DNA of 63,223 bases, the filler included, from Neoconidiobolus thromboides FSU 785 (taxonomy: Eukaryota; Fungi; Entomophthoromycota): NCBI GenBank assembly GCA_025603075.1. It is 5 parts of 5 records of this genome, joined end to end, with 100 filler letters (N's around TTAATTAATTAA, not from the genome) between each part and the next. Parts side by side here need not be neighbours in the genome. Positions count along the whole stretch, not along the records: positions 59,723 to 60,959 come from MU627011.1; positions 61,060 to 63,223 come from MU626873.1; 3 more parts are not named here. One strand, written 5' to 3'. A program made the translations under genes and the position numbers. Every line of letters begins with the position of its first letter. The stretch's first letter is position 1. The notes under the pieces were generated by a model, which did no database searches, was not told where the DNA came from, and worked only from the letters and a program-made list of their open reading frames with translations. Shown here in pieces: positions 59,963 to 63,223 of this stretch.

Positions 59963-60959
59963 ATCTAAGTCTTTTGTTTTATTATAATAAATTATGTACA
60001 TTTAAGTTGAATACCTAGTTCTTTTATTACATCTATTGAAATCCTACACTATATTCAAACTGTTTGCCTTATAAATTTAGTAAAGTTTGATACCTAGATT
60101 ATAAAAGTGGAATGTTTTGTAGAAATACACAATTTGGAATACTTTAATTAGCATGCTCTACTATAACATTCACTAACTTTTGATACATGTTCTTATTGAT
60201 TGTCTATTGAAATTTTATTAAAACTTTGACTTGAATATGATAAAGTTAAAACTTCATATTAGTTTGAAATCGTTATCAAATATAGGTAACATTGCTAAAT
60301 GTATCATTCTTATTACTAACAATTGATTTATAACTAACTTTAAAGTGTTTCTAAAATATAGACTTCTCTAAATACTGGTTATTAGTATTAAATAGAATAT
60401 CAAAATGCTTTATGTTTTTTTATTCGCCCACTTTTCATTCAACATAAGGAAGTTGTCCAGACTGGTTTCAGGATTTACTTAGGAATCAAGCCAAATTTGA
60501 AATTTTTAAATTTGTGTTAATGTGATGGTTAAATCTAAAAAGCTTAAAATTAAATCTCTTTATTTAAAACTTATTTTAATTGTTTCCTTTTCTTAAATAG
60601 CTAATTTTTCTAGCTATGCGTTTTGTTATTTCTGTTAAATATTTAATAGATACATAATATATAACTACATGATTATATAATTATACAAATACAGTTATTT
60701 GACTTTATTTTTGCTGAAATAAAAATAAATTGTAAACTTTCACAACTAAACTTTGAAATGGGATTTTTGAAAATTTTAATACAATGGGGAAAAGTACACA
60801 ATGTAAACATTGTAATTCATTTACATCAATTTTAAGAGCTACTTATAACAACCCAAGGTTTATGGAATTTTATAATAAAACAAAACAAAGAAAAAATATA
60901 TTATCAAAGTTTACTATCGATAATAATAAACTTAATCAAGTAATGTATAAAATTAGTGC

Positions 60960-61059
60960 NNNNNNNNNNNNNNNNNNNNNNNNNNNNNNNNNNNNNNNNN
61001 NNNTTAATTAATTAANNNNNNNNNNNNNNNNNNNNNNNNNNNNNNNNNNNNNNNNNNNN
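60960..61059. other. Artificial contig-joining spacer
   Basis: 44N-TTAATTAATTAA-44N. Confidence 0.97.
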
Positions 61060-61956
61060 ACATGTTGCTTCTATAACCTTAATAGATTATTCATACCATC
61101 TCATAAGACAATTGAAGTTTTACTGCTGCAAATAGTCATTTATAAAGTTTTAAATAGGGTGTAAACACACTGTAGTTTGTAAAATATTAAAATTAGTAGT
61201 TTTAATGAAATAGATGCTATATATGATCCTACGCATATTATTTCATAAAAGTCAACTGTTGAAATCACAAAGCTCAATGATCAATCATAATGTTTCTGGA
61301 TAGTAAACTATCTAAAGAAAAAATTAGTTGACATGATTCTATTCTATTGGTTATACTAATTTATCAAATTTATAAAAATATTATTATTAAATATTATTAT
61401 TAAATATTATTATTATTATTTAATTGAAAAATCATATTAAAAGTTAGACTGAACTTTTTCAACGTTTATTTTTTAATATTAAGAAATTATAATAAAATTC
61501 TATAGTAGTTTTTCAGTAGTGTTTATAACTAAATTTAATTTATCAATTGTTGTTATAAACGTGATTAATTTAATGTAATGTTATCAGAAATTATCACCAG
61601 GTTTAAAAAGAGGGATTTCATTGTTTATATAAAAAAGTTGCAAAATAAAGGTCAAATGAATATCAAGATATGTACAGTTAAATCTCGCTTAAACACAGGA
61701 TAAAGTAGAGCTATAATTTATATAAAAAACTAAGGTCATTAAGCTATAACCTTTAAGTAAAAAAGTTTGAGCATGATTTAATATAATTTTAAGGGATGGA
61801 GATTACACAATAAAATACCATTTAATTTTGAAATTGGATATATTTTTAATGAAGACTGAGGCAGTAATTTATTGAAAGCATGTATACTTCTCTGAATTTC
61901 ATCTAATACATCAGTATATGTTCACTACATACATAAAGCTCCACAAAGCTACTTAT

Positions 61957-61998
61957 AGTAAAATAGAAATTCATATGGCTATGAATTTCTATTTTACT
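61957..61998. repeat. Perfect 19-bp-stem hairpin ~205 bp upstream of the trypsin ATG
   Basis: AGTAAAATAGAAATTCATA-TGGC-TATGAATTTCTATTTTACT. Confidence 0.9.
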
Positions 61999-62203
61999 TA
62001 GTAGGAACCATAAGATGCACCGAAATTAAGAAAAATTTAATAATATAGCTAGTGATCTTAATAGCTAGCTAATCACGTATAATTATGAACCATGAGTGAA
62101 CTAATGTGATAAATATTCAAACAAAACAAAGTTTTATTAACAGGAGAAACTAATATAAATACTATCCCAAAAGTAAATTCACAAATTATCTAATAAGTCT
62201 AAA

Positions 62204-62974
62204 ATGAAATCTGCTCTTATTTTTACTTTACTCGGTGCTGCTATTGCTGCTGATATCCCATTCACAACACCACCTGGTCGTATTGTAGGTGGTTACGAAG
62301 TATCTCCAAAATTCAAGTACCCATGGATGGTATCTTTAGCTTACGGAGGTTCTCACTCATGCGGTGGTACTTTATATAATGGAAACACTGTTATATCAGC
62401 TGCCCACTGCGTCATTGGATCAACCTCATCATGGACTGCTCGTGTACATCGTCATAATTTAAATACAAGTGAATCCTCCGAACAAGGAAAGACTTACAAA
62501 ATCAAATCTCGTATTTCTCATCCAAGCTATAATTCCAATACTAATGCTTATGATGTTTCTATCTGGAAGCTTGATACCGCAACTGGGCCATCAACTGGTG
62601 TTAAACTTGATGCCGGTAACTATGCTAACACCGACAACACCCTCCTTAAAGTTATTGGATGGGGTACTACTTCTTCTGGTGGTAACGTTTCACCAGTTCT
62701 TTTAGAAGTTAAAGTACCAGTATTCAATGCTGCCAAGTGCAAGCAAGTATACTCTGTCTTGGACACTAAGACCCAATTCTGCGCTGGCTATCCAGAGGGA
62801 GGTAAAGATTCTTGCCAAGGTGATTCTGGAGGTCCAATGTTCATTGAAGAAGGTACCACTCCAGTATTGGTTGGTATTGTTTCATGGGGTGAAGGCTGTG
62901 CTCTTAAAGGCAAACCAGGTGTATATACTCGCGCTTCAGCTGTTGCCGATTTCATTAACAAAAACTCTAGTTAA
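62204..62974 (+). CDS. Secreted trypsin (S1A serine protease), single exon
   Basis: Signal peptide, short propeptide ending R-IVGG; AAHC; YDVSI; DSCQGDSGGP with Asp189 trypsin specificity; PGVYTR. Confidence 0.97.
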   Translation: MKSALIFTLLGAAIAADIPFTTPPGRIVGGYEVSPKFKYPWMVSLAYGGSHSCGGTLYNGNTVISAAHCVIGSTSSWTARVHRHNLNTSESSEQGKTYKIKSRISHPSYNSNTNAYDVSIWKLDTATGPSTGVKLDAGNYANTDNTLLKVIGWGTTSSGGNVSPVLLEVKVPVFNAAKCKQVYSVLDTKTQFCAGYPEGGKDSCQGDSGGPMFIEEGTTPVLVGIVSWGEGCALKGKPGVYTRASAVADFINKNSS

Positions 62975-63223
62975 GTATAGTCATCTTTAAATAAAACCGA
63001 GTTTTAAAACCATTTATATAATTTATATTTCAATTGTTAATTCATAAAGTACAATATAAGTAAGTCTATAAATGTCACTAATTTGATGATAGGTTTGAAT
63101 TGAAATGATAAATTCAGTGTGTTTATACTTTAAAACTTTATAAATGACTATTTGCAGCAGTAAAACTTCAATTGTCTTATGAGATGGTATGAATAATCTA
63201 TTAAGGTTATAGAAGCAACATGT

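Noticed and set aside
59667-59987. ORF-track entries 59727-59987 (+) and 59667-59882 (-)
   Set aside because: Wrong frames of the collagen-like repeat; the Gly-X-Y frame starting at 59723 is the biologically coherent one
60784-60959. ORF MGKSTQCKHC... running into the gap
   Set aside because: Only ~59 codons visible with a single CxxC; cannot be distinguished from a chance ORF
1-63223. tRNA, rRNA or biosynthetic gene cluster
   Set aside because: No T-loop or cloverleaf, no rRNA motifs and no NRPS/PKS/terpene core; the reductase, ADH and DJ-1 genes are scattered and partly on different contigs

Overview
Very AT-rich eukaryotic (fungal) genomic DNA with short (~45-80 nt) GT-AG introns. The trypsin, expanded 7TM receptors, secreted low-complexity proteins and base composition suggest an early-diverging insect-associated fungus such as Conidiobolus/Entomophthoromycotina (inference, not verified). 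The window is five contigs joined by 100-bp spacers (44 N + TTAATTAATTAA + 44 N), so adjacency across 22421-22520, 31018-31117, 59623-59722 and 60960-61059 is not biological evidence. Recognisable genes: NmrA-like reductase, BRF1, a sphingoid-base kinase, RPS19, VTC4, a CAD-type alcohol dehydrogenase, a Ras2-type GTPase, EMC10, trypsin and a SPRY fragment. Accessory content: four 7TM receptor genes plus three decayed copies, two dead DJ-1/PfpI paralogs, a catalytically degenerate hAT-derived gene and several orphan secreted proteins. Most notable: (i) at least 33 copies of a ~97-bp MITE with GGG..CCC ends and site-specific 4-bp TSDs (ATAT/ATTT/AAAT, Sola-like signature), including inverted pairs, a ~200-bp palindrome, a symmetric variant and a nested insertion into a second TA-flanked MITE family; (ii) an orphan secreted glycine-zipper protein gene bracketed by identical 249-bp direct repeats; (iii) a 2-nt micro-exon needed to keep the Ras gene in frame; (iv) a collagen-like Gly-X-Y ORF missed by the ORF track. 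All coordinates and alignments were read by eye.
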